Notes: generated by a model from the sequence alone, not told the origin. A DNA stretch of 63,976 bases, filler included, from Octopus bimaculoides (GCF_001194135.2; 7 parts of 7 records of this genome joined end to end with filler, not necessarily neighbours in it); one strand, 5' to 3'; shown: positions 46,230-59,948, counted from the whole stretch's first letter. Numbers and translations are program-made.

Positions 46230-47866
46230 TGAATATGTAATTGGTGAAATTTGGAAAAATAGTTACAAGAATGTATCTATCTGCTCATATATAAGTTATT
46301 TTAAGAAAAAAAAACCCTGAAAACATCAGTATTGATATATACCTATATAATATTTCGATCCAGAGAATCAGCACTCGTCAAATGATTCCACGTATATCGA
46401 TGCGTAAATATCACCCCGACAAACACAAATTAAGGAATCTCGAATATTACTTGCTGTTCACGTCACTTGCAATATAGTATAAAGTAAATATAGTAGATAT
46501 TTTCATGTGCAGGCTACTGGTTAATTTTCCGAAAGATTTATTTTGAAAATCTAAGATTATGGTTGAAAAATTCTGATTAATCGATTCGCTTACGCAGATT
46601 TGCGTACATTGCTTAAAATTGTACGTAAATATATGTGCTGTAAAACAAAATATATATTTTGGCTTCATAATCTACGCATTATTATAAGATTACAAAATAT
46701 GTTGACAATAAATCTATTGTTTGTAAAGCCTTTCTTTTATAAAACATGAATTTATCAATTTCCTGTTTTCAATTTTGTAGAACAATCGTTATTTTCGATG
46801 TCTTTATAATAAAATTCTTAGCAAAGGGTAAAAATATTAAAGAACAAAGGACAGTTGCCGCTGTCTATTTCGATATATTAGAATTTATGATTTTGAAATA
46901 ATATCACTGAATTGTAATTGAAAACATCATCTTTTTGTCATTATGACCAAAAAATATAAAAACATTTGTTTTCAAAGATTAATATGAAAATAATTAAGAA
47001 TCAATATTGTTGTTTATCAATTACTAGGAGAAATATGTTTAAATAAAAGGAATTATAAAAATACAAATACAGAAAACAACGTTTTGTAACGAAGATGATA
47101 TTGTAATCTTTAGCAATTTAATATCTCTTTGAGCGAGCAGAGAAATAGGTCGAGAATAATTACCATAAAGCACATTTCAAATCAGGTAGCTTCTTTGTCC
47201 AACATGTGGTATTATAAATATCCATAAGCTCCATCTGTTGACAAGACTACTTAAGTATCTCCCAAATATTGATCCTAGCTAACAAGGAGATTAAGGCAAA
47301 CCGAACACTCAGCTGCAGACAATATTAGCAAAATGAAGTGAATAGAAAGCGTTACCGAAATTATAAACATTATCCAGACACTGGTAACTAAACAACTGTA
47401 AGAGAGTAACAAAATCGAAATGCATAGACATAAACAAAAATGCGTGAGTCAGAGAGTGAGAGAGTCAGTGAGTGAGAGAGTCAGAGAGAGGGAGAGCGAG
47501 AAAGAAAGAGAGAGTGTGTGTGTGTATGTGTGTGTATGCGTGTGTGTGTGTGCGCATGTTTAACATTAGAGAAAATTACGAAACGACTATCAAATTCAAA
47601 GAGAGCTGTCGATTAGCGTTTCTCTAAAATTATATTTGAAAATGTTCCAGAGAGGATACAAACATCATACGAGATAACGTTCCTGAAAGTAGATTACAGA
47701 TTGGAGGGAAATAATCTAATGTCGTTTGCAAAGGATTAACCTGTTCGAAATAATACAGCTAATTAGGTCTTTACTAAAAGAAGATTTAACATACATATAT
47801 ACATACATACGTACGTACGTATATCATACATACATACATACATACATACATAAATGCATACATACA

Positions 47867-47927
<61 letters not shown>

Positions 47928-50057
47928 TCATAAGAGTGGTACAAGGTACCGATATTTACTGGACAATAGCAATCGATATAAATACGACGCTATTGTATAG
48001 CTTCACTGCGTATATACTGGCAAAAATGCATGTATGCAACAAACATGAAACACTTGTCTTACCTTAGGAAAAACATTCGAAAATGAACAACCCAGATTAA
48101 GNNNNNNNNNNNNNNNNNNNNNNNNNNNNNNNNNNNNNNNNNNNNTTAATTAATTAANNNNNNNNNNNNNNNNNNNNNNNNNNNNNNNNNNNNNNNNNNN
48201 NTGAAATGAAACCCCTCCCTGACTTTTAGAATAATGATACCCACCCCACAGAAATATGGAATGCATCAGCACAGTTGTTCCTACTTTCCACTCTAACCAA
48301 CACTAAAATATTAAGTAAATTCCACCCCAACATTTGTGGTGTTCTTAGGGTGTTTCTCAAGAATGTGAATGTGGTCATACTCTTTTTATACAAAACTAGT
48401 CGACTCATTTGCTCTACTGCTTTCAGACTGGCATCATTTAATTCATTTACTGCAACTTTATTGGCATTTTCATCCTTTGTCTTGGTTTATCCAAGGTGTT
48501 TATATAAATTACTTTTTGTCAATAAATAATCGTTACCTTTTTACTAAAGTTTCAACATTTTAAAAGTTCAATTTTTTTCATCTTGTATACATTTTGAGTT
48601 TTGTCTCAATAGCAGCCATCTTTTGGTTGCAAAATGAGATGCCTGTAAAAAGAGTGGATTAGCAGAAAAAATGTGATGCAGGAGTGGTAATATTCTTAAT
48701 TAACTGAATATGGAAAAATACAGGACAAAAACACAAGGAAGCTCAAAAATATTGCAGCTGAGGTTGTAATTGAAAAAAAAAAAAAAANNNNNNNNNNAAA
48801 AAAAAAAAAAAAAGGTATGTTGCTTTTAGTTTCAATTTAAAGAGGGTGTATACATTTAGTATAGCTCCTCTTTAGATTCTGATTTCCCCTATGAAGAAAA
48901 TTTTATTTGGAACTTATTTACTCCCTATAAAATAAAATATGGTGGATGATGGTAAAGGTTTGAAGCACTCATATAGTTTTAGTTAGGTGTAGCTTACACT
49001 ACTAAAAAGAGAAAATGGAAATTTATTTCCATTTTATGGGGAGGATGCTTCAACCCACTCCCTGCTCTCAATGCTCATGCCTTCTATGAAGCATGATCCA
49101 CAAACCTCCTTTCCCCAAAATGCAAACATTTAATTAATCTTTCCCAGACTCAGCATAAACCAGTGGGTATGCACATGGAAGAATGTTGTGGGGAAAATGA
49201 AAATGACCTGTGTTGCAAGTTTTCTTACTTGTCCTACAGTTGGAGTTTGTCACTGGGAAGGTCAGGTTCTTATGGTCTGTTACCAACAAAGAAGAGCTGG
49301 AAGTATAATCAGTACCAGTGTTGGATTGGGAGGGGATATCACCGCTAGTATAGGTGGCCATATGGGTAGTATTGTGGGGAGAAGTCTTGAGGTTGGTATT
49401 ACTGAGTTGGCTGGGGTTACTAAGGGATGTATTATAGCCACTAGGTGGGTTAGGGTGGGATAGATTGTAGGTTCTAAGAACTGGCATTGAAGTTTGTACA
49501 GTTCTATATTTAAGAGATGAGGAATTATGTACATTATTTATNNNNNNNNNNNNNNNNNNNNNNNNNNNNNNNNNNNNNNNNNNNNNNNNNNNNNNNNNNN
49601 NNNNNNNNNNNNNNNNNNNNNNNNNNNNNNNNNNNNNNNNNNNNNNNNNNNNNNNNNNNNNNNNNNNNNNNNNNNNNNNNNNNNNNNNNNNNNNNNNNNN
49701 NNNNNNNNNNNNNNNNNNNNNNNNNNNNNNNNNNTTATTATTATTATTATTATTATTATTCAGGTCACTGCCTGGAATTGAACAAGGGGATGAAGTTGGA
49801 GGAATAATAGACTGAGAACACCACTGGAAAATACGAAAACTAAAAGAAGCAGNNNNNNNNNNNNNNNNNNNNNNNNNNNNNNNNNNNNNNNNNNNNNNNN
49901 NNNNNNNNNNNNNNNNNNNNNNNNNNNNNNNNNNNNNNNNNNNNNNNNNNNNNNNNNNNNNNNNNNNNNNNNNNNNNNNNNNATGGGAACCGGTATTAAG
50001 GAAGGATAGGAGAATATTAGATTTATAAGGCCCAAAATTCACTCCATAATTGCCCAT

Positions 50058-50119
50058 GGGCATATGGCATAAGAGCGTGGGCTACTAACCCCAAGATTCC
50101 AGGCAGTGACCTGAATAAT
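50058..50119 (+). mobile_element. Internally deleted tRNA-like SINE fragment; inverted partial copy at 49755-49778
   Basis: gggcatatggcat-aagagcgtgggctactaaccccaagattccaggcagtgacctgaataat; not a foldable full tRNA. Confidence 0.55.
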
Positions 50120-50428
50120 NNNNNNNNNNNNNNNNNNNNNNNNNNNNNNNNNNNNNNNNNNNNNNNNNNNNNNNNNNNNNNNNNNNNNNNNNNNNNNNNN
50201 NNNNNNNNNNNNNNNNNNNNNNNNNNNNNNNNNNNNNNNGGTATATCAGCTGAAACGTGTTAACAACAAATAAGATGAGGACAAATATCTGTCAAATGTA
50301 GATAATGTAATTAATGTAAATAATGTTGAAGTTTGTGACTATTAGAGGAGGAAAAGATATGTAGGTGTGGTGAAGTCCTTATTTTAGATATAATTCTGGA
50401 TTGTTCCTTCTGGAAAGAATTGATTTTA

Positions 50429-50645
50429 TTAGAGAACTTGATGTAAATCCTTTTCAATGTTAGCTAATGCAAGAGTTGGGGATGGATTTTTGTGAGATTT
50501 TAGATTGTAAGAATCCTTATCAATGGAAAAGTCAGAAGTATTGGATTTGAGGTCGTAGTTGAGTGCTCTCCACCTCATTTGGGTAATGAACTCGTAAGAG
50601 TTCCATGTTGAGATCCCTCAGTGGAATTGGAATATTCTTTGTAGA
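50429..50645 (-). pseudogene. Decayed N-terminal ORF region of a Penelope-like retroelement; the scaffold piece 48202-51029 is probably largely this element
   Basis: STKNIPIP...EFITQMRWRAL...DSYNLKSHKNPSP-LALANIEKDL resembles the recalled PLE N-terminal pattern KNIPIPS...FIxRMRWKA...YGFKSxKxPP...FExDL. Confidence 0.6.
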
Positions 50646-51693
50646 TGTGCCCAAGAATTGCTTATCCATGTAACCTCAAATCCCAAAATGTTCTCCATAC
50701 CCTATCCTGGTTCATCATAAGTAAGGCTCCCCCATACAACACAAACCTCAGTATTTGTAAATTGTTTTTTAGAGAATCACTACTCTTCACAACCACAACC
50801 CCTTATTACTTAATAGATTCTCAGACATAATGCTCTCTTGTAAACACAGGTTCTACTCATTGTCTGCCCATTTTATTAAATCTATGTAATCCCTTAACTA
50901 TAATTATCCTTAATTACAATTAACCTTAAGGTACAATAAGTTGACCTAGCAACTTACCCCTCCACTAAATTATTCCTTCACATTTGCACATTCACATCAC
51001 ACCTCCCTCACAAGTTGTATTCTTTCCTCNNNNNNNNNNNNNNNNNNNNNNNNNNNNNNNNNNNNNNNNNNNNTTAATTAATTAANNNNNNNNNNNNNNN
51101 NNNNNNNNNNNNNNNNNNNNNNNNNNNNNTATATATATATATCAACAGGCAGGTAGAAGAATCGGTAGAATAAACTTAATCCTATACAGAATCAAATAAA
51201 CGAATTCACAAATAATGCAACACGTAAAAATCTAATCTTGTGGGTGTATCATTGTGTGGTGAGCTTTTATGTTTGTGTGGATGGATATATATACATGGCT
51301 ATATATATATGTATATGTACATGCATGCATACATACATACATACGTATGTGTGTGCGTGTGTATTCGTATACGTAGGTAGGGAAAATATATGTACAGATG
51401 CATATATACATACATACTTGTGCATGTATGTGTATATATATGTGTGCGTGTGTATCTCTCTCTCTCTCTTTATATATATATACCTACATATATATGCGAG
51501 TCTGTGTCGCCGTGTGTGTACATACATATATATATATATATGACAAAGGAAACTAAGTGCTACCCTGTATTGTTCTGTAAGCAGCGAAAATATATTGAGG
51601 AACACTGCTTGGCTTTTATATTATTTATTTATTTTCGTTTTAGTGTTGCTTTTATTATCCTCCTTCATTTTGTTTTTACTCACATGTACAGAA

Positions 51694-51743
<50 letters not shown>

Positions 51744-52224
51744 TACGTTTATATTTGTACGAGCGAGCACGTGTGTGCGCGTGGGTGCGTTGAAAGGTGA
51801 ATGGATCACCTGTGCATTTCCACGTTATTTAACCAAAAGAACGATTATCTTCACTGGATTGATTTATAGCTGAAGTCACTGTGTACTCTGCAAGCCGTTG
51901 TACCTTGAAGTACGCCTCCGAATATTTAACCAGAAACACGCACCAAATCTCACGTATTTTTTATCAAAATTTAATATCACCCAAACCTTTCCAGAATTCA
52001 TTATTATCAAAAAAAAAAACAGATGCGGCATTATTAAAAACTGATCAATTCGACGCAAGCATGGCTGAGTGTTTAAGTGGTTCGCTTTGCAGTCGCACAA
52101 GCCAGGCGTCTGCTACAACAGCCCTGCGTCAGCCAATCCGTTGTAAGTGAATTTGGTAGAGGAAAACTGTATGGAAGCCCGTCATAGATTCATTCATACA
52201 CACACACATACATACATATGTATA

Positions 52225-52750
52225 TATGGGATGAGGCACTGAAAATTTCCTGGATTTTGGGTAAAACAAAATACAAGCGGATCAGTTAATACAAGCGGAT
52301 CAGTTAATTATGATTTTATTCAACATATTCCCCATGTCAGATTTACACGCTTACTGCAGCGGTCTTTCGCTTTTCTAACCCCTGTAAAAGAACTCGAAAC
52401 GTTGGGCCTTACTCTTAAAGCAGGACCTTTCAGTACCCTCCCGTACTGGTGTTTTCACAACTTTTACCACAAGAAAGATTTTTTCCTCCACCGTAACTGC
52501 AGTGTATTTACATTTAGCAGTTGAAATAGGTGACAAACATTTCAACTAACCTAAATTGTGCTCATACCTAAACACTGCTTTGCGCCAATGCTGCGTAATT
52601 TATCTCGATTGGGCAATTTCCATCTGCTCAGCTTCACTCCCAAAATCTTTGGTTCGAATCGAGTCTACAACAGTAAACACAAACCGAAACTGACGCACGA
52701 GATTGAAGACGTGTAGAACTCGTAGAAGCTAGTTCTATTGATCAAATACC
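52225..52750. mobile_element. Mariner-derived non-autonomous element with 18-bp tandem duplication, flanked by Meta/MESC-type SINE remnants (52058-52200 plus, 52780-53110 minus)
   Basis: gaggcactgaaaatttcctgg TIR-like start; aatacaagcggatcagtt x2; SINE cores gaatttggtagaggaaaac and ctaccaaatccactcacaagg. Confidence 0.5.
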
Positions 52751-53482
52751 TTTTATGTTTTATTTTGTTTCAATCATTACACTCCGACCAAGCTGGGGCA
52801 CCGCATTGAAGGATTTTATTCGAATTAACCGACCCCAGTACTTATTTTCTTTTTAAGACTGGTATTTATTTTGCGGAACCGCTAGGTTACTGTGGCACCG
52901 GTTGTCAGGTAGTGGTGGGGGACAAACGCACACACAAACACACACACACGCGTTCGCACACAAAAATACGACAGGCTTCTTTTAGTTTCCATTCTACCAA
53001 ATCCACTCACAAGGCTTTAGTAAAAGGCACTTGTCCAACGTGCCACGCAGTGGGACTGGATGCCGAAGCATAAGGTTGAAAAGCAAACTTGTTACTACAC
53101 AACCACGTCTGCATCTATGGGGAATGTTTATCATACAAAACTAATATAAATTCTATTTACATTTTTCTTTGAGAATATCTTTCCGCTTTTTCTTTTTTTT
53201 ACCTTTAATAATCTTGATTTACTGCTCATAATACACTTTCCACTTAGGTCATTCCATATTTTTTGGTTGGACACGGATGAACGGGCCGATATGTTGTGGG
53301 AGTATAAAAACCCGAAGAAATATAAAACAAAGAATTAATAGAGATAATAATTGAACGTGACTGTGGTTTTAATTTTCTGTATATTCATCAGTTTGATGTA
53401 GTTGAACATACAAAGTGATGAATAATCATTCAGATAGACAGAAATTTTATATATACATATATATATATATTATTTTCCCTAA

Positions 53483-53545
<63 letters not shown>

Positions 53546-53629
53546 CTGTCTATGCATTACATACACGTGCATATAAATGTATAGGTACACACACACGTAC
53601 ATATGTATATTTATATATATTTATATATT

Positions 53630-53672
<43 letters not shown>

Positions 53673-54409
53673 TACATACAAAGGCATATGTATAAACTAG
53701 TATGTGTATGTATGTACAAATATATACATGTGTGATGAGTTTATGTGTATATATATGTACATATAAATATGTGTGGATATATCTCTACATCTGTACATAT
53801 GCATATATGTGTGTATATATATATATGCACGTGTTGTATATATATGAATGTACGTGAGAGAAAGAGATAGATAGACAGAGACAGGGGGAGAGAAATACGT
53901 TTACGTCAATACTCATATGTGAGTGCAAATGTGTGTGGTTATATATATCTATATATATATTCATATTCATACAGAGAAAAAAATAGTCAGACAGATCTAT
54001 TATTTGACTCTGCACATAACACAGTGGGTACAAAATCGTATAAACAAGTATATTCAATTAGATGATGTTAACGGACAGAGCATATTACAGGAACTTGAAA
54101 GAACGACTGGTCTACGAATATTGAGAATATGTTAGGTAATATTCATACGAACAATACTCACATCCCACGCGTTGTTTCTCGTATGTTAGTCGTTGGTAAC
54201 TTATTTATGTATGCGTGTGTGAATGTGTGCATTTATATATGCGTTTGTGTGTACGTGCGCGCTGCGTACGTTTCTTCGTTTCTTCAAATAAAATTAGGGT
54301 CAACCCTTGTTGTGCAGAGTAAAATTGTAATGAATAAAAACATGCAGAAAACCATAGGTTGAACTATTTATACGTCACACATATATAGCGGTCGTGTGCA
54401 TGTATATAG

Positions 54410-54451
<42 letters not shown>

Positions 54452-54700
54452 NNNNNNNNNNNNNNNNNNNNNNNNNNNNNNNNNNNNNNNNNNNNNNNNN
54501 NNNNNNNNNNNNNNNNNNNNNNNNNNNNNNNNNNNNNNNNNNNNNNNNNNNNNNNNNNNNNNNNNNNNNNNNNNNNNNNNNNNNNNNNNNNNNNNNNNNN
54601 NNNNNNNNNNNNNNNNNNNNNNNNNNNNNNNNNNNNNNNNNNNNNNNNNNNNNNNNNNNNNNNNNNNNNNNNNNNNNNNNNNNNNNNNNNNNNNNNNNNN

Positions 54701-54744
<44 letters not shown>

Positions 54745-55049
54745 CGCGTTATAGTTCGCTTGACGAATTGTAAAGCAAAATTAGAGGAAAAATGGGAAAT
54801 AAAGAAAGCTTCTAACAATGCCGAAAGTTTTACAAAAGCCTTTATATTTCGGGTGCAAAGGCCTATCTTCAGAAGGAACCAGTCCAAGAAATGTGTATTT
54901 ACATTGGTTTCGCTATTATATTTTAAACTATTCGGCGTTTGGGTTAGCAGCAGCAACTCTCCAATTGTTGCTCATTGTAGCATATTTCCACGAGATGGTG
55001 ATGGCGAAAGATGATGTAGGTAGCATAGGTTATGGTGTTGGTCGAAGTC

Positions 55050-55540
55050 GCCGTTATGTTTTCATAGAATTCACCAACCCATCTGTGATCGACTGTTAAT
55101 TTTCGGCTTGAGGCAGTGGATCAACATGTCTTCTTTGATACAAAGATTTCATGTTTTTCTCCAAGGCTTAGTTTAGAGGCGTCTGTCTCCTCGGTGGTGT
55201 TACGGCATTTGGTTAAGTGTCTGCGGAAGGAAGACGCGTTGATAGTGAGACGCTCCTGCATTCGGACGAGGAGTAGTCGTACTGAGCTACCGATGTAACA
55301 GGTGTTGCTTTTGGAGCACTATAATACTTGGTATAGTAGGAACGTACGATAGTGCATTTGGAGCACTATCTGGTATACAAGGAACGTACGTACTTGGGTA
55401 CATGTTTGTGTTACCAATAGAGCAGTTCGCCAGTTTGGAGGGCTGCTGTTCTGTGCGTTAATGGGTGTTTACGTAGGGACAGTCTTGAATGAACCAGTAC
55501 GATATTGAGGCCTTCCCTGAGATGGCCCTGTAAATGTTGG
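55050..55540 (-). pseudogene. Decayed GIY-YIG endonuclease region of a Penelope-like element
   Basis: LANCSI...FLVYQI-CSK-NTCYIGSSVRLLLVRMQERL...SSFRRHLTKC...LIHCLKPKINSR across frameshifts; 47-bp internal tandem duplication at 55311-55390. Confidence 0.7.
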
Positions 55541-55591
55541 AGGTTTTGACTGTTATTTCAAACAGGTAGACATACTTAGTATGTCCTTTGA

Positions 55592-55629
<38 letters not shown>

Positions 55630-56247
55630 NNNNNNNNNNNNNNNNNNNNNNNNNNNNNNNNNNNNNNNNNNNNNNNNNNNNNNNNNNNNNNNNNNNNNNN
55701 NNNNNNNNNNNNNNNNNNNNNNNNNNNNNNNNNNNNNNNNNNNNNNNNNNNNNNNNNNNNNNNNNNNNNNNNNNNNNNNNNNNNNNNNNNNNNNNNNNNN
55801 NNNNNNNNNNNNNNNNNNNNNNNNNNNNNNNNNNNNNNNNNNNNNNNNNNNNNNNNNNNNNNNNNNNNNNNNNNNNNNNNNNNNNNNNNNNNNNNNNNNN
55901 NNNNNNNNNNNNNNNNNNNNNNNNNNNNNNNNNNNNNNNNNNNNNNNNNNNNNNNNNNNNNNNNNNNNNNNNNNNNNNNNNNNNNNNNNNNNNNNNNNNN
56001 NNNNNNNNNNNNNNNNNNNNNNNNNNNNNNNNNNNNNNNNNNNNNNNNNNNNNNNNNNNNNNNNNNNNNNNNNNNNNNNNNNNNNNNNNNNNNNNNNNNN
56101 NNNNNNNNNNNNNNNNNNNNNNNNNNNNNNNNNNNNNNNNNNNNNNNNNNNNNNNNNNNNNNNNNNNNNNNNNNNNNNNNNNNNNNNNNNNNNNNNNNNN
56201 NNNNNNNNNNNNNNNNNNNNNNNNNNNNNNNNNNNNNNNNNNNNNNN

Positions 56248-57207
56248 TTGACTGAATGTTTCTCACATCAACCACTAGAAATCGATGGCACTCTTTTTTC
56301 AACAACAAATACTGTTAGAAAATTACTTTTCTTAAATCTCAGAACGTGAGATATTCAGCAACACTACTCTGAAGGAAAGATTGTTTGCCAACATAACATG
56401 GCAGACCTGGTTTCGGATGAATGTTGCTGTAATTTAGCCCCAGGAAACATCGTCTCCAGCTGGCTATAACGACACGATTTGTGTCATTAAATTTTCAAAC
56501 ATGGGAATTCCATTCATCACCATTTTTACGTCATATGCCTTAGCGAGAGAAGAATGGGCAGCGCCCGTGTTCTTAGAGTGAGTGATTAGGAAGCAGTTGG
56601 AAGCAGGGATAGAGTCACCTTTAAACAGCAGACATTTTAAATTTTGCCACAAGGCCAGCAATTTCGGGGAAGTGAGTAAATCGATTACATCGATCCCAGT
56701 GTTTAACTGGCAGATGAAAGGCAAAGTCAAACTGAGCGAAATTTGAACACAGAACGTAAAGCCGGACAAAATACCGCTAAGCATTCTGTCCGGAGTGCTA
56801 ACGATTCCGACAGTTTGCTACCTTTTAATTATTGCGAAAAGCATTATATTCAGGCCCAGAAGAGTCTTTTGTGAAAGTAGTCTTTTGGTTGCATTGTAAG
56901 TCTCAGGGTAACTATATCCCTTCTTCCAACTGCTTCTTAAAACTCCCTATAAGAACATGGGCACTGCCCAATCTTCTTTCACTAAGGCATATGATGAAAA
57001 ACTGGTGATGAATGGCAGAATCAATCTAGAAACGAACTTAATGTACAATGAAATTGAGATAGAGAGAGACAGGCATGAGGGAGACAGAGAGACAGGCATG
57101 AGGGAGACAGAGACAGGCATGAGGGAGACAGAGACAGACAGGGTATTTGTTGATGAAAAAAGAGCGCCATCGATTTCAAGTGGTTGTTGTGGGGAACATT
57201 CACTCAA
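56248..57207. mobile_element. Large foldback element with two pairs of inverted arms and a nested Nin/Deu-type SINE (56628-56826, minus)
   Basis: Outer arms 56248-56312 / 57143-57207; inner arms 56510-56620 / 56905-57015; left arm abuts a gap. Confidence 0.8.
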
Positions 57208-57391
57208 CTGGACCAGTAGTAGTTACATGCTTTCAAATGAATGTTAGATTATTTCGGAAACTGAAGTCCCAAACCACTGCATTACTGAAAGAAAAAGTGA
57301 TTGGATATTAAGTTACGTAGTCTTGGTTCAGCTGGAAGTTAATGGAACGGTGGACTGAGAAATACTTCACATTAATTACACATGCGCACAC

Positions 57392-57440
<49 letters not shown>

Positions 57441-57630
57441 TCCGTATATATATATGTACATGTATATGTATGTACGTATATTAGTAACTATTTCATTTTC
57501 ATATTTCGTCCACTGAGGATCGCAAACATTTGCTCGGATTAAATTTCCTCGCGGATACATGTGTAAAGACATTCTATGGATTCGATGGTAGAGATACGGA
57601 ATTTCAGATGCATAGATGTCTGAGTGTGTC

Positions 57631-57673
<43 letters not shown>

Positions 57674-57771
57674 ATATATGTATAAACAGATATATATGAA
57701 CACTGGTATATGTATATATGCAATATGCATATATATACATATATATGCATATATATATATATGCATATACA

Positions 57772-57804
<33 letters not shown>

Positions 57805-58176
57805 GCATATTCATATATGTATATATATATATATATGCATATATATGTGTGTATTGTATTTGTGTGTGTGTGTATGTATATGTATATATGCACACACACA
57901 TACATATATGTATACCTCTACATACTTTTAAACACACATGCTGCAGAGCAATTTATTATTGAGCAATTGACTATTTTCATAGTAAAACACACACACACAC
58001 ACACACANNNNNNNNNNNNNNNNNNNNNNNNNNNNNNNNNNNNNNNNNNNNTTAATTAATTAANNNNNNNNNNNNNNNNNNNNNNNNNNNNNNNNNNNNN
58101 NNNNNNNAAAAAATTAAAATTAAATTAGGTTTCACACTATAAAATATAAATATATATTATTATTATGATTATCATT

Positions 58177-58394
58177 AAGGCAGTAAGCTGGCAGAATCGT
58201 TAGCGTACCGGACAAAATGCTAAACAGTATTTCGTCTGACTTTAGGTTCTGAGTTCAATTTCCACCTAGGTTGACTTCGCCTTTTATCCTTTTTGGGGTT
58301 GATAAAATAAGTCCCAATTTTACATTGGAGGGTCGATCTAATTGACTAAGCTCCTCCACCGAAATAGCTGGCCTTGGGCCAAAATTTGAAACCC
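58177..58394 (+). mobile_element. Nin/Deu-type SINE
   Basis: aaggcagtaagctggcagaatcgttagc...ctgagttcaattccacc...ggggttgataaaataag. Confidence 0.8.
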
Positions 58395-59594
58395 TTCTAC
58401 GACCCACTGACTGTGCACTAAAAGAATTTAATGGAGCGTAACATCAGACATTTAAAGTTTTATTACGTATAAAGGTGATTGTTACAATAGATTTTCAAAG
58501 CAGACGAGTGCACGTGTTGCACTCTGCTGCCAATGTGTATAAAGGCACCGGAGATGCATTACAAGCAACTCACATTTTCCAAATAGCCTGATATTTCTGA
58601 TAGAAAATTTGTGCCACGCCTGCAGAGCATACGCGGTTAATAAGTAATCCGTGACGTAATAGTTAAAAAACGTGTTTCATAGAGGTTTCCTCCACGCTGC
58701 TTTTGTTACTGATTGAATGCTATAAAGGTACCGACATGTTGTTTTTGTAATTGCTTGACAACATTGTCGTTTAGACTGAGAAATTTCGTAGGAAGATTTT
58801 TTTTTTCGGTATTTCCGGATTCCTCTGTAATTATATTTTATTATGAATTTGATGAATATTAAAGGGAATTTCAGGCGCTTTCTCTTGCCGTCTGTTTATT
58901 GACGTATTATGTATACTTGTACTTGTACTGCGTGCGTGCGTGTGTGAGTACGTATACTGATGTGTAAGTACACGTATTGTATATACGGGCTTTGGTATTC
59001 AGGTTGCGCAGAAATGTTGACTCCGTATATTTCTCACGTCCCGGGTGCATTTCTGTATAAGCCAATCCCAGGTCAGTCTTAATAGCACAAAACAACGATC
59101 AAAGAAAGACGTTCCAGCTATGACCATCATTCATCACCATTCCATCTTTATTATTTATTTTTCAGACAATAAATCTAAGACTCTATTGGCTCTAAATGTA
59201 TTTCTTTCTTTTTCCCAAGACATTACATTTTCATTTGAAAAAGTTCCTTTACTTTACTGTGTCAACGACATTTCATTGTTCGACTTGCATTTAAAACATG
59301 ACTTTTCTATCATTACTTGTACCATAATGTATGCAAGACAACCTTATTCAATGTGTTTTGTTGTTGTTGTTGTTGTCTTTCCTTTCGACGTAAAATTGTG
59401 AGTTGAAGGAATTTGTTTCTATTTTTCTGTTATTCTAGATGCTCTGCAATCTTGAATACGACCCATCGATGATTATCAGATTTTAACGAACCAACTTAGT
59501 GGCTAACGATATGTGCATCTTTGATCACGGGCAGAAGTAATGGGAGGCCATCATAGCACGTGTTAATTCTTTGGAATTCTTTGAGGTTTGGGTG

Positions 59595-59686
59595 GGTTTG
59601 GATTGTTCCCCTCTTTGGGGTTTGGATTGTTCCCCTCTTTGGGGTTTGGATTGTTCCCCTCTTTGGGGTTTGGATAGTTCCCCTCT
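59595..59686. repeat. 24-bp minisatellite, about 4 copies
   Basis: Unit ggtttggattgttcccctctttgg at 59595, 59619, 59643 and (partial) 59667. Confidence 0.92.
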
Positions 59687-59879
59687 GGGAATACGGATGT
59701 TGCATTCAACATCCTTAAACAACCCTTATTCAGGAAGCTTTTGAGCGGAATGGACGACTCGACCTGAAGTAAATTCTCGCGGAGCCCCACCTGCAAGGTC
59801 ATGCGCTGTTTATCTTGATATGAGAATAACCATGTCATGCACACATATCACTTTGATGGCATGTACTGCTCTTTCACTC

Positions 59880-59948
<69 letters not shown>

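Noticed and set aside
49134-50063. 309-aa ORF that might be Cdx exon 1 or a new gene
   Set aside because: Over a third is N; the rest has no hexapeptide or domain and lies in a Penelope-like repeat piece.
54900-54935. Degenerate hammerhead-like string on the minus strand 3' of the GIY-YIG relic (CCGAATA...GAAAC-CAAT-GTA)
   Set aside because: Two core mismatches, weak stem II and no stem I; at best a dead remnant in a plausible position.
57066-57135. Regularly spaced 21-24-bp repeats (also 59595-59686) as a CRISPR-like array
   Set aside because: Units are contiguous with no unique spacers and the context is eukaryotic; minisatellites.
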